A program made the position numbers and the translations under genes. Below the pieces are notes generated by a model that saw nothing but the letters and a program-made list of their open reading frames with translations, was not told the DNA's origin and searched no databases. Below, in pieces: positions 1 through 9,062 of a stretch of 64,000 nucleotides of DNA (positions are counted from its first letter, which is position 1; each line of letters begins with the position of its first letter). The stretch is from a bacterium (GTDB taxonomy: Bacteria; CLD3; SB21): positions 62,001-126,000 of the forward strand of contig JABWCP010000008.1 in assembly GCA_013360215.1 (NCBI GenBank). The letters run 5' to 3'.

Positions 1-59
1 ACCGGAACTCCTGACCGAAGTAGTCTGATCAGATAATTTTCTCTCGCGGAGACGCAAAG
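1..59 (+). repeat. 59-bp direct repeat, copy 1 (3' end of the upstream gene, ...PELLTEVV*, plus the left arm of the inverted-repeat element)
   Basis: 1-59 matches 608-666 at 58/59 nt; the single difference is synonymous (CTC vs CTG, Leu). Confidence 0.9.
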
Positions 60-559
60 AAGCTGTATCAAACAAACTTTTTTTGATGCTATACAGATAA
101 AAAGGTTGTTTTTTATTGATCAATGAAATACCTGAAAACGCTATTTCAACACAAATAATAGATGCTTGTTTTAAAATACATTCTACATTGGGACCAGGAT
201 TACTCGAATCGGTTTATGAGAACATTTTGTGTTACGAGTTAGATAAGAGGAATCTTCATTTTGAAAGACAAAAAACGATTCCTCTGCGCTATGAAAACAT
301 GCAATTTGAATCGGCACTTCGCTTAGATTTAATTGTAGAAAATAAAGTTATCGTCGAAATTAAATCGGTAGAAACAGTTTTACCTTTACACAAAAAACAA
401 TTGCTGACTTATCTGAAAATTTCAGGTTATAAACTGGGCTTGCTGGTGAATTTCAATTCGGCGTTAATCAAAGACGGTATAACAAGAATCGCTAATAACT
501 TGTAACTTGGTTCATTATGCTCGCTTATAAACTCCTTTTTTTCTTTGCGACTTTGCGAG
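43..559. mobile_element. GxxExxY gene bounded by a 17-bp imperfect inverted repeat (REP-like element, mobility inferred)
   Basis: Left arm CTCGCGGAGACGCAAAG (43-59) and right arm CTTTGCGACTTTGCGAG (543-559) pair at 16/17 positions counting G-T; the enclosed DNA is AT-rich. Confidence 0.6.
116..505 (+). CDS. GxxExxY protein (PD-(D/E)xK nuclease superfamily)
   Basis: LGPGLLESVY signature, RLDLIVENKVIVEIKS nuclease-like motif and QLLTYLK...GLLVNF; TTG start. Confidence 0.92.
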   Translation: MINEIPENAISTQIIDACFKIHSTLGPGLLESVYENILCYELDKRNLHFERQKTIPLRYENMQFESALRLDLIVENKVIVEIKSVETVLPLHKKQLLTYLKISGYKLGLLVNFNSALIKDGITRIANNL

Positions 560-607
560 TAAATATTTGAAATATGACTCTTATTCAACTAAACAACCAA
601 TGCCGCG

Positions 608-716
608 ACCGGAACTGCTGACCGAAGTAGTCTGATCAGATAATTTTCTCTCGCGGAGACGCAAAGTACACGACGTCGTTCCGGTTTGTACCTTTTTTTC
701 ATCGCGTCTTTGCGAG
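608..716. repeat. Direct repeat copy 2 (608-666) plus a gene-free inverted-repeat element (arms 650-666 and 700-716)
   Basis: Same left arm as 43-59; right arm CATCGCGTCTTTGCGAG; 33-nt spacer with no ORF. Confidence 0.8.
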
Positions 717-734
717 CAAACACTATGAATAGAC

Positions 735-1523
735 ATGAATCTCAATCTGCAAAATAAAACCGCCTTAGTATGCGGCAGTACGCAAGGCATCGGTAAAGCC
801 GCCGCAATGGCGCTGGCCGGTCTCGGTGCGCGAATCATACTTTGTGCACGTAACGCCGAGGCGTTGGAAAGTGTAAAAAACGAACTGCCCCAACCGGCTT
901 CGGCGCACCATACTTATCTGGTGGCAGATTTTTCAAAACCGGAGACGCTTCAGCGAATCCTCCATACGTTTACCGAAAAATCAGGCCCGATACACATTCT
1001 CGTCAATAATACCGGCGGTCCCGCGGGCGGCCCGATCGCGGATGCAGCGACCGATGCGTTTGAGCAAACCTTTCGCCAGCATTTGATTTGCAATCACATC
1101 CTCGCACAAGCGGTAATCCCCGGTATGAAATCATCGGGTTTTGGTCGCATCATCAATGTGATCTCGACTTCCGTCAAACAACCGCTCAAAGGTTTAGGTG
1201 TATCCAATACCATTCGCGCCGCGGTGGCCAACTGGGCGAAGACACTATCGGTCGAACTTGCTCCGTTTGGAATAACGGTAAATAACGTTTTGCCCGGAGC
1301 CACCCTCACACAACGCTTGACCACTCTCATCGCCAACCGCGCCAAACAAAGCGGTCGCCCGGAAGAGGCGATTCAAAAAGAAATGGTGACCGAAATTCCC
1401 GCCGGACGCCTTGGGCAAGCAGAAGATATTGCTGCCGCCATCGCTTTCCTCGCCTCACCCGCGGCCGGATATATCAATGGTATCAATCTGCCCGTGGATG
1501 GCGGAAGAACGGGATGCTTATAA
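735..1523 (+). CDS. Short-chain dehydrogenase/reductase (SDR)
   Basis: GSTQGIG cofactor motif, NNTGGP, atypical SNTIR in place of YxxxK, C-terminal VDGG. Confidence 0.9.
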   Translation: MNLNLQNKTALVCGSTQGIGKAAAMALAGLGARIILCARNAEALESVKNELPQPASAHHTYLVADFSKPETLQRILHTFTEKSGPIHILVNNTGGPAGGPIADAATDAFEQTFRQHLICNHILAQAVIPGMKSSGFGRIINVISTSVKQPLKGLGVSNTIRAAVANWAKTLSVELAPFGITVNNVLPGATLTQRLTTLIANRAKQSGRPEEAIQKEMVTEIPAGRLGQAEDIAAAIAFLASPAAGYINGINLPVDGGRTGCL

Positions 1524-1526
1524 ATC

Positions 1527-2111
1527 ATGATCTCCGCGCCTGAACCCTCCGAGCTGCTACGTAAAGTTTTCGCTGCGCATACGGAAAATTACGGTGACCC
1601 CGATGTACAGTTTCGCTTCGATCAGCAAAATTCAACGCTGACCGCGCTCAACTACCTTGACGTGTTTGTTTGGGAACCGACGGAAGAAATCCCCATGACG
1701 ACGTTTTCCACCATAGGTATGGCTGAACGTGCAATGCCGGAATGTCCGCATCGCGCCGAAATTCACTGGACACTGCGCGGTAAACTGACGGAAGCACAAG
1801 AGGAAGAAGCCGCTGTTTTTTTACTTAACCTTGCCGCGCTGCCTTTTGTTAAAAATACTTTTTTAGATCATTGGCATGTATTACCCAACCTCAGAATTCC
1901 CCATTTTGGCGGTTGCTCGGCCGGATTGATGCACCCTTCGTTTGTGGATGGCGGCTGGGATCACATGCACGCCGAAAATACCATCGTAAAATTTCTTAAT
2001 TTTGTCCCGCTGACGCAAAGCGAATTAGACATGGCGCGTACGATGGGGGTTCGTCGTATGCTTAATGCGTTGTATGAAAGTCAGACGGATATTTTTTCCG
2101 ATCGAATGTAA
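1527..2111 (+). CDS. Suppressor-of-fused (SUFU)-like domain protein
   Basis: TFSTIGMAERAM...RAE and FLNFVPLTQSEL...GV patterns typical of bacterial SUFU-like proteins. Confidence 0.65.
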   Translation: MISAPEPSELLRKVFAAHTENYGDPDVQFRFDQQNSTLTALNYLDVFVWEPTEEIPMTTFSTIGMAERAMPECPHRAEIHWTLRGKLTEAQEEEAAVFLLNLAALPFVKNTFLDHWHVLPNLRIPHFGGCSAGLMHPSFVDGGWDHMHAENTIVKFLNFVPLTQSELDMARTMGVRRMLNALYESQTDIFSDRM

Positions 2112-2123
2112 CAGGGAACGCTC

Positions 2124-3008
2124 ATGGAAGAACTGCTTCAGATCGTTTCAGACGCCTACACGGGTTATTCCAATTATCTTTACATGGAAATGACAGGGGC
2201 CTCCGTCCCTTGGTATCGTAATTATTTCTACGGTCTGATCGCAATTTCCCTTGTCGTATGGGCATTTGAAATCATCATCCCGTGGCGTAAAAATCAGCCC
2301 GTGTTTCGCCGCGATTTTTGGCTCGATGGTTTTTATATGTTTTTTAATTTTTTTTTGTTTTCACTGATCGCGTACAACGCTTTATCCAATGTATGCGTCG
2401 TATGGCTGGATCGCGGATTGGAAACTATCGGCGTCGGCAGTCTGTCTTTTATTAAAGTAAACACATGGCCGGTATGGCTACAGTACATACTTATGTTTGT
2501 CGTGGCGGATTTTATTCAGTGGAATATACACCGCTTACTGCACCGCGTTCCGTGGCTTTGGGAATTTCACAAACTGCATCACTCGGTTAAAGAAATGGGA
2601 TTTGCGGCGCATTTGCGGTTTCACTGGATGGAAACAGTGATTTACAAATCGCTTCAGTATATACCCCTCGCTTTTTTTGGTTTTGGGTTGACGGATTTTT
2701 TTATGCTGCACATGATTGCACTTGCGATCGGGCATCTCAATCATGCCAATATTGCATGGACGTGGGGTCCGCTCAGGTGGCTGCTCAATAGCCCGGCTAT
2801 GCACATCTGGCATCACGCCAAACATCTTCCGGGATCGTATCCGTATGGCGTCAATTTTGGATTATCACTGAGCGTATGGGACTATCTTTTTAAGACGGCA
2901 TACATACCGCATGACGGGCGCGATATCGAACTTGGTTTTGAAAATGAAGAACCTTTCCCGCGCGGCTTCTTTAAACAAGTAATATATCCCGTCGGCAAAC
3001 AAAATTGA
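2124..3008 (+). CDS. Sterol desaturase / fatty acid hydroxylase family membrane protein
   Basis: His boxes HRLLH, HKLHHS and HIWHH, plus NFG...WDYLF and several TM segments. Confidence 0.9.
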   Translation: MEELLQIVSDAYTGYSNYLYMEMTGASVPWYRNYFYGLIAISLVVWAFEIIIPWRKNQPVFRRDFWLDGFYMFFNFFLFSLIAYNALSNVCVVWLDRGLETIGVGSLSFIKVNTWPVWLQYILMFVVADFIQWNIHRLLHRVPWLWEFHKLHHSVKEMGFAAHLRFHWMETVIYKSLQYIPLAFFGFGLTDFFMLHMIALAIGHLNHANIAWTWGPLRWLLNSPAMHIWHHAKHLPGSYPYGVNFGLSLSVWDYLFKTAYIPHDGRDIELGFENEEPFPRGFFKQVIYPVGKQN

Positions 3009-3109
3009 AATCTGTACGCATCACGCATCTGTACCTTAAAGAAGTGATTTTACTAAGCGACCGTATCCGATGGATTTTTTTTTTACTATGCTAACCAACC
3101 GTGATTTTT

Positions 3110-4552
3110 ATGAAAACTATTTCGAACTACATTGACGGAAAACTCCAACCCGCACTAAGCGGAAAAACTTTGGATAACTATGAACCGGCGGTGGGCGCCG
3201 TTTATGGTACGATACCGGACAGCGATGAGCGCGATGTCGCGATGGCCGTTGATGCGGCGGAAAAAGCTTTTCCTGCGTGGTCTTTGACGCCCGCCGAACA
3301 GCGTGCGCGGTTACTTTTCAAACTTTCGGAACTGATCGATCGGGATATGGAAAAACTTGTCCGCGCCGAATCCATAGACAACGGTAAGCCGCTGGCCCTT
3401 GCGCGCGCGATGGACATACCGCGGGCTTCGAGTAACTTTTATTATTTTGCTTCGGCAATCCTTCAGTTTTCCAGCGAAGCGCATGCGATGGAAAATACGG
3501 CGATCAATTATACTTTGCGTCAGCCGATCGGTGTCGTGGGCTGCATTTCACCGTGGAATCTGCCGTTGTATCTTTTTACCTGGAAAATCGCCCCGGCGCT
3601 GGCGGCGGGAAATTGTGTGGTGGCCAAGCCGTCGGAGATAACACCGATGACTGCATTTATGCTGTCTGAATTAGCCATCGAAGCGGGGTTTCCTAAAGGC
3701 GTACTGAATATCGTTCACGGTCTTGGTCCGAAAGTAGGCGCAGCAATCACGACACACCCCGCGATCACGGCAATTTCTTTTACCGGCGGCACGAAAACCG
3801 GCGCCGAGATTGCCCGTGTGGCCGCACCGGTATTTAAAAAACTTTCGCTCGAACTGGGCGGTAAAAATCCCAACATCATATTTGATGACTGCGATTACGA
3901 TGAAATGCTGACGCAAACCATGCGCTCTTCTTTTGTCAATCAGGGGCAAATCTGTTTATGCGGTTCGCGCCTATTGGTCCAACGCGGGATATACGATCGT
4001 TTTCTCAAAGATTTTTCCGTGCGCACCAAAAAACTCGTGGTCGGCGACCCCTTGGACGAATCCACGCAACAAGGGGCGATCGTATCGCAAGCGCACATGG
4101 AAAAAATATTATATCACATTGACCTTGCACAAAAAGAAGGTGGACGCATCGTGACGGGCGGTCATCCCGTAAAATTATCCGGCCGCTGTGCCAACGGTTG
4201 GTTCATCGAGCCGACGATCATCGAAGGTTTGGGCGCCCAATGCCGCACCAATCAGGAAGAAATTTTCGGCCCCGTCGTGACCGTGATGCCGTTTGACACT
4301 GAAGAAGAAGCGTTAGCACTGGCCAATAGTACTTCGTACGGACTGGCCTCCACCATATGGACCCGCGACCTGCAGCGTGCGCATCGTATCGGCGGCGCGA
4401 TCAAGTCCGGCATCGTATGGGTCAACTGCTGGCTGTTGCGCGACTTGCGTACGCCCTTCGGCGGTGTCAAAAATTCCGGCGTCGGACGCGAAGGCGGTTT
4501 CGAAGCCCTGCGCTTTTTTACGGAAACAAAGAATGTGTGTGTGAAGATTTAG
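3110..4552 (+). CDS. Aldehyde dehydrogenase, probable 2-aminomuconate/2-hydroxymuconate semialdehyde dehydrogenase
   Basis: PWNLPL, LELGGKN, GQICLCGSR, EEIFGPV and WVNCWLLRDLRTPFGG; adjacent to a RidA-type deaminase. Confidence 0.85.
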   Translation: MKTISNYIDGKLQPALSGKTLDNYEPAVGAVYGTIPDSDERDVAMAVDAAEKAFPAWSLTPAEQRARLLFKLSELIDRDMEKLVRAESIDNGKPLALARAMDIPRASSNFYYFASAILQFSSEAHAMENTAINYTLRQPIGVVGCISPWNLPLYLFTWKIAPALAAGNCVVAKPSEITPMTAFMLSELAIEAGFPKGVLNIVHGLGPKVGAAITTHPAITAISFTGGTKTGAEIARVAAPVFKKLSLELGGKNPNIIFDDCDYDEMLTQTMRSSFVNQGQICLCGSRLLVQRGIYDRFLKDFSVRTKKLVVGDPLDESTQQGAIVSQAHMEKILYHIDLAQKEGGRIVTGGHPVKLSGRCANGWFIEPTIIEGLGAQCRTNQEEIFGPVVTVMPFDTEEEALALANSTSYGLASTIWTRDLQRAHRIGGAIKSGIVWVNCWLLRDLRTPFGGVKNSGVGREGGFEALRFFTETKNVCVKI

Positions 4553-5011
4553 AATTTAGAATTTCGGATCGTTGATTTTCGAACGTTTACAAAATACACA
4601 TAGTTTTATGAATTCGACGGACTTTAAGTTAAGAACAAAAGATTTTGCAAAACGTGTTATCGCCGTATGCCGGGCATTACCTCCCAATCGCGAATCACAG
4701 TTGATACAACGCCAATTGTTCCGATCGGGAACATCCGTCGGAGCGAATTACCGTGAAGCCTGCAGAGCACGATCTACGGCTGAATTTATAGCGAAATTAG
4801 GTATCGTAGAAGCCGAAGCCGACGAAACACTGTACTGGCTGGAACTTATTGCAGAACTGGAATTACTTCCTAAAATTAAACTCAAACAGCTAATTATCGA
4901 AAATCACGAGATCATCGCTATGGCAGTTGCGTCAATTAAAACATTAAAACAAAACAAAACGGGAGATACAAAAACCGACACTCCCCAATCCCCAATCCCA
5001 AATCCTAAATC
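4546..5011. repeat. Inverted heptamer-repeat arms around the four-helix-bundle domain
   Basis: GATTTAGAATTTAGAATTTCGGAT (4546-4569) and CTCCCCAATCCCCAATCCCAAATCCTAAATC (4981-5011) are imperfectly complementary. Confidence 0.65.
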
Positions 5012-5423
5012 GGGAATCCTGAATTCCTCCAAAGCACCGGAACCGGTCGGCCTGTATCCGCATGCGCGGCGCGTGGGCAATCTATTATTCCTTTCGGGCG
5101 TCGGACCGCGAGAACGCGGGAAAAAAACCATCCCCGGCGTTACACTGGATGCCAAAGGTAATATCAAAAAATACGATATCGCCAAACAATGTCATTCCGT
5201 GTTTCGCAATATACGCTATATCCTTGAAGATGCCGGTTCGTCCTGGGATAATATCGTGGACGTCACGGTTTTTCTGACCAACATGAAAGACGATTTCCCG
5301 ATTTATAATAAAATTTACGCGGAATATTTTAAAAACAATAAACCCTGCCGCACGACGCTGGAGATCAACGCGCTGCCTACACCCATCGCGATCGAACTTA
5401 AAGTCATCGCAACAATTGATTAG
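4608..5423 (+). CDS. Four-helix-bundle (23S rRNA IVS-like) domain fused in frame to a RidA-family domain (probable 2-aminomuconate deaminase)
   Basis: N-terminal QLFRSGTSVGANYREACRARSTAEFIAKLGIVEAEADETLYWLEL; C-terminal APEPVGLYPHARRVGNLLFLSG...PCRTT...IELKVIA; no stop between them. Confidence 0.88.
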   Translation: MNSTDFKLRTKDFAKRVIAVCRALPPNRESQLIQRQLFRSGTSVGANYREACRARSTAEFIAKLGIVEAEADETLYWLELIAELELLPKIKLKQLIIENHEIIAMAVASIKTLKQNKTGDTKTDTPQSPIPNPKSGILNSSKAPEPVGLYPHARRVGNLLFLSGVGPRERGKKTIPGVTLDAKGNIKKYDIAKQCHSVFRNIRYILEDAGSSWDNIVDVTVFLTNMKDDFPIYNKIYAEYFKNNKPCRTTLEINALPTPIAIELKVIATID

Positions 5424-5495
5424 TTGAGATGGTAACTTTAAAGGCTACCGTGCGTAAAACGATACATTAAAACTCTATTAGTGAGAGAGCACTGC

Positions 5496-7031
5496 ATGAA
5501 AAAATTCATTTCGCCCTTACGCATTCTTTGGTTTTGCGTGTTAGCACCGATGCTTCCGGCCCAGACCAAACTGGATACGGATAGTCTTTCCCGTTATGCA
5601 AACGCCGCGCTCGCGCAGTGGAATGTACCCGGGATGGCCATTTCCGTCGTACTCAACGACTCGATGATTTACGCCAAAGGCTTCGGTGTAAAAACCGTCG
5701 GAAAAAATGATCCCGTAGATGCCAATACTAATTTTTCGATAGCCTCGCTAACTAAAGCCATGACGGCGGCGAGTATGGGCATTCTGGTGGATGAGGGCCG
5801 AGTCCGTTGGGATGACCCGATGTCCAACTATCTTCCGGAATTTAAAATGTACGACCCTTACGTCACGCAGTCCATGACCATCCGTGATTTATTGTGCCAT
5901 CGGAGCGGTTTGGAAACATTTAGCGGCGATCTGGTGTGGTATGGTACTCATTATGACCGTTCGGAAGTGCTACGCCGGGCAAGATATTTGCAACCCAAAT
6001 ATGGTTTCCGTGCCAAATACGGTTATCAAAATATCATGTATCTCGCCGCAGGAGAAGTCGTAGGACGCGTATCCGGTAAAGGTTGGGATGATTTTATTCG
6101 TGAACGTATTTTTATCCCTCTGGGTATGACCCGGACGATTACACGTTTTGCCGATATCCACACGATGACCAATCTTGCTACGCCGCATGCGATCGTGGAT
6201 TTCAAACCCGTGCCTGTCGAATATCGTAATTGGGATAACGTCGCACCGATGGGCTCCACCGTTTCCAATGTGGTAGATATGGCACAGTGGATGCGCCTCC
6301 AGTTGGGACGCGGCACTTACGAAGGGCGCACTATTTATAGTGCCGCCGTCGCGCGTGAAATGTGGCAACCGCATACGCTGATGGATATTTCAGAAAATGG
6401 AGAACGCGCTATGCCGTCCCGGCATTTTTTAGCCTATGGTTTAGGCTGGACTATGCACGACTACCACGGTAAAAAAATTCTAACTCACTCCGGCGGTGCC
6501 GACGGTATGGTTTCACGGCTGGTTCTTATCCCCGAAGACCGTTTCGGTTTTGTGATACTCACCAATAGTATTAACGGGCTCACCACACCGATGATCTATC
6601 ACATCATAGATATGCACTTGGGTAAAAACGAAAAAGACTGGGATGCTTTTTATTGGGAATTCAATAAACGCGCCGAACTGAAAGAAATTGCCGATAGAAA
6701 AAAGACCGACAGTCTGCGCGTGAAAAACACCAAACCGACGCTCAAAGCCGAAGCGTATGCCGGTATTTACGGCGGAGAACTCTATGGTGACGTCGAAGTC
6801 AAAACGGAAAAAGACAAACTGACGATTCGATTTTTGCCGACGTCCACTTTCACCGGAACGCTCACGCATTGGCACTACGACACGTTTCAGATCACGCTTC
6901 AGGATAAAAATCTACCGACCGGATTTGCCACCTTTACGTTGGATGCCACCGGCAAACCGGATGAACTGAAAATTGACATCCCCAACCCGGATTTTGATTT
7001 TACGGAATTGAAATTGAAACGAAAGAAATAA
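5496..7031 (+). CDS. Secreted serine hydrolase (beta-lactamase/AmpC-like family) with a C-terminal DUF3471-like domain
   Basis: Signal peptide, SLTK (SxxK), LLCHRSGL, YQN and HSGG motifs. Confidence 0.88.
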   Translation: MKKFISPLRILWFCVLAPMLPAQTKLDTDSLSRYANAALAQWNVPGMAISVVLNDSMIYAKGFGVKTVGKNDPVDANTNFSIASLTKAMTAASMGILVDEGRVRWDDPMSNYLPEFKMYDPYVTQSMTIRDLLCHRSGLETFSGDLVWYGTHYDRSEVLRRARYLQPKYGFRAKYGYQNIMYLAAGEVVGRVSGKGWDDFIRERIFIPLGMTRTITRFADIHTMTNLATPHAIVDFKPVPVEYRNWDNVAPMGSTVSNVVDMAQWMRLQLGRGTYEGRTIYSAAVAREMWQPHTLMDISENGERAMPSRHFLAYGLGWTMHDYHGKKILTHSGGADGMVSRLVLIPEDRFGFVILTNSINGLTTPMIYHIIDMHLGKNEKDWDAFYWEFNKRAELKEIADRKKTDSLRVKNTKPTLKAEAYAGIYGGELYGDVEVKTEKDKLTIRFLPTSTFTGTLTHWHYDTFQITLQDKNLPTGFATFTLDATGKPDELKIDIPNPDFDFTELKLKRKK

Positions 7032-7050
7032 GCCCGTACCGGTTTTTAGG

Positions 7051-7079
7051 TTGACATAACGGTACTTAGCGTTTATTTT
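7051..7079 (+). promoter_or_regulatory. Sigma70-type promoter candidate
   Basis: TTGACA-17 nt-TATTTT ending 8 nt before the ATG at 7088. Confidence 0.45.
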
Positions 7080-7087
7080 GCGCGGCG

Positions 7088-7618
7088 ATGGAATCTCCGA
7101 TCATAACTGAAACGCCGCGTCTGTTGATTCGCCCCATGCACACATCGGATGCGGAAATGTTCTTTGATTTATTCGGCTCCGCGGAAACGCTGATCCATTT
7201 TCCGCGTGCGTACACCCGTGACGAAGTGCATCGGTTGATCCGTCGCCAGCAAGAACGCTACACATCACGCGGTTATGGCCTCTGGACTTTGGTGGCGCGC
7301 GACTCCGGAGAGATTATCGGGGATTGCGGGTTGATACCTCAGCGCGTCGATGCATGCGAGGAAGTAGAACTGGCTTACCATCTCCGCAAAAAATTTTGGC
7401 ATCAGGGTTATGCCACGGAAGCCGGTGCCGCGGTCATCACATGGGTCGAAGCCCATAACCATGCCGCTTCGCTCATCGCACTGATCAGGCCCGAAAATGT
7501 ACCCAGCCGCCATGTTGCGGAACGGCTCGGCTTTAAAAAAGACACGACGATTTTTCACGCCGGACTGCTGCATGACGTATTTCGTCGTGCGATAGTCCCA
7601 CAGCCGGTGAGCGTATAA
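7088..7618 (+). CDS. GNAT acetyltransferase, RimJ/RimL type
   Basis: ETPRLLIRP, IGDCGL, FWHQGYATEA and ENVPSRHVAERLGF. Confidence 0.88.
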   Translation: MESPIITETPRLLIRPMHTSDAEMFFDLFGSAETLIHFPRAYTRDEVHRLIRRQQERYTSRGYGLWTLVARDSGEIIGDCGLIPQRVDACEEVELAYHLRKKFWHQGYATEAGAAVITWVEAHNHAASLIALIRPENVPSRHVAERLGFKKDTTIFHAGLLHDVFRRAIVPQPVSV

Positions 7619-7670
7619 TTTTTTGACATAATATTATTGCATTATCCATTTTATACCCGATACAACACCC

Positions 7671-9062
7671 ATGCCTTCATTACAACTTTTTGACACGTAC
7701 ACCCGCGCATTGCGGAATTTTGAACCGCTCCAACCCGGCGAAGTCGGCATGTACACATGCGGCCCTACGGTTTATGACTACGCGCACATCGGCAATCTAC
7801 GCACTTACATTTTCGAAGACATTCTGCGACGTGTACTTGAATACAACGGGTACAAAGTTCATCATGTCATGAATATCACTGACGTCGGGCATCTCACATC
7901 GGACGCGGATACCGGCGAAGATCGCATGGAAAAAGGCTCCCGTCGTACCGGTAAAACAGCATGGGAAATCGCCGCGGAATATACGGAAGAATTCAAAAAA
8001 GATATGAAACGGTTAAATATAACCGAGCCACATACTTGGTGCAAAGCGACCGATCATATACCGGAACAGATCGAATTTATTCGCGGCATCGAAAACAAAG
8101 GATACACCTACCGCACATCGGACGGCATTTATTTTGACACATCCAAACTCGATGACTACGGATATATCGCGCGGCTCAAAGTCGAAGGTCTCGAAGCGGG
8201 TTCGCGCGTAGAGATCGGCGAAAAACGCAATATCACCGACTTTGCGCTGTGGAAATTCAGCAAACCCGAAGAGCAGCGTCAGATGGAGTGGGACAGCCCG
8301 TGGGGCAAAGGTTTTCCGGGATGGCATATCGAATGTTCCGCCATGTCGGCGAAGTATCTCGGTTCATACTTTGACATTCATTGCGGCGGTGAAGATCATA
8401 TCATGGTGCATCACCCCAATGAGATCGCGCAGACGCAGGCTTGTTACGGAACGCGTTTGGCCAATTTTTGGATGCACGGTTATTTTCTTCAGATTGATAA
8501 TTCGCGTATGGGTAAATCCGTCGGCAATTTTTTACGTGTGCAGACGCTTATTGATCAGGGTTACGATCCGATCGTGTGGCGCATGTTTTGTCTTAGCGCG
8601 CATTACCGTACCAAACTCAATTTTAACTGGGAAAGCCTCGACGGTTCGGCAACGGCGTTACAACGTCTGCGCACGGCAGTGTTCGAATGGGGCGCGGCAG
8701 GCACACCGGATGAAGCGACGCTCACGCAGTTTCGCACGTTTATCAATGATGATCTCAATATTCCCCGTGTACTCGCGCTGGTGTGGGACCTTGTAAAAAG
8801 CGACAAAACTCCGGCTACAAAAAAAGCAACCGTATTGGAAATGGATCGCGTGCTGGGGCTCGGTTTGGCGGCGTGGGTTCCTGCGGTCGAAGAGATTCCG
8901 GCCGAAATCCAAGCTTGGGCCGATGCCCGCGTACTGGCACGCAAAGAAAAACGCTGGGCCGATGCCGACGCGTTTCGCGATAAGATCACTGCCGCGGGTT
9001 ACGATATCAAAGATACCCCGCAAGGCATCAAAGTCGAAAAACGTAAAACACCGGGCGCCTGA
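7671..9062 (+). CDS. cysS: Cysteine-tRNA ligase
   Basis: MYTCGPTVYDYAHIGN, DFALWK, PGWHIECSAM, DIHCGGEDH and the KMSKS variant RMGKS. Confidence 0.97.
   Translation: MPSLQLFDTYTRALRNFEPLQPGEVGMYTCGPTVYDYAHIGNLRTYIFEDILRRVLEYNGYKVHHVMNITDVGHLTSDADTGEDRMEKGSRRTGKTAWEIAAEYTEEFKKDMKRLNITEPHTWCKATDHIPEQIEFIRGIENKGYTYRTSDGIYFDTSKLDDYGYIARLKVEGLEAGSRVEIGEKRNITDFALWKFSKPEEQRQMEWDSPWGKGFPGWHIECSAMSAKYLGSYFDIHCGGEDHIMVHHPNEIAQTQACYGTRLANFWMHGYFLQIDNSRMGKSVGNFLRVQTLIDQGYDPIVWRMFCLSAHYRTKLNFNWESLDGSATALQRLRTAVFEWGAAGTPDEATLTQFRTFINDDLNIPRVLALVWDLVKSDKTPATKKATVLEMDRVLGLGLAAWVPAVEEIPAEIQAWADARVLARKEKRWADADAFRDKITAAGYDIKDTPQGIKVEKRKTPGA

Noticed and set aside
5496-7031. Beta-lactam resistance gene
   Set aside because: The SxxK family with a C-terminal extension includes many peptidases and esterases; nothing specifically indicates beta-lactamase activity.
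8503-8520. CysRS KMSKS motif reads RMGKS
   Set aside because: This is a conservative variant and all other catalytic motifs are intact, so it is not evidence of altered function.
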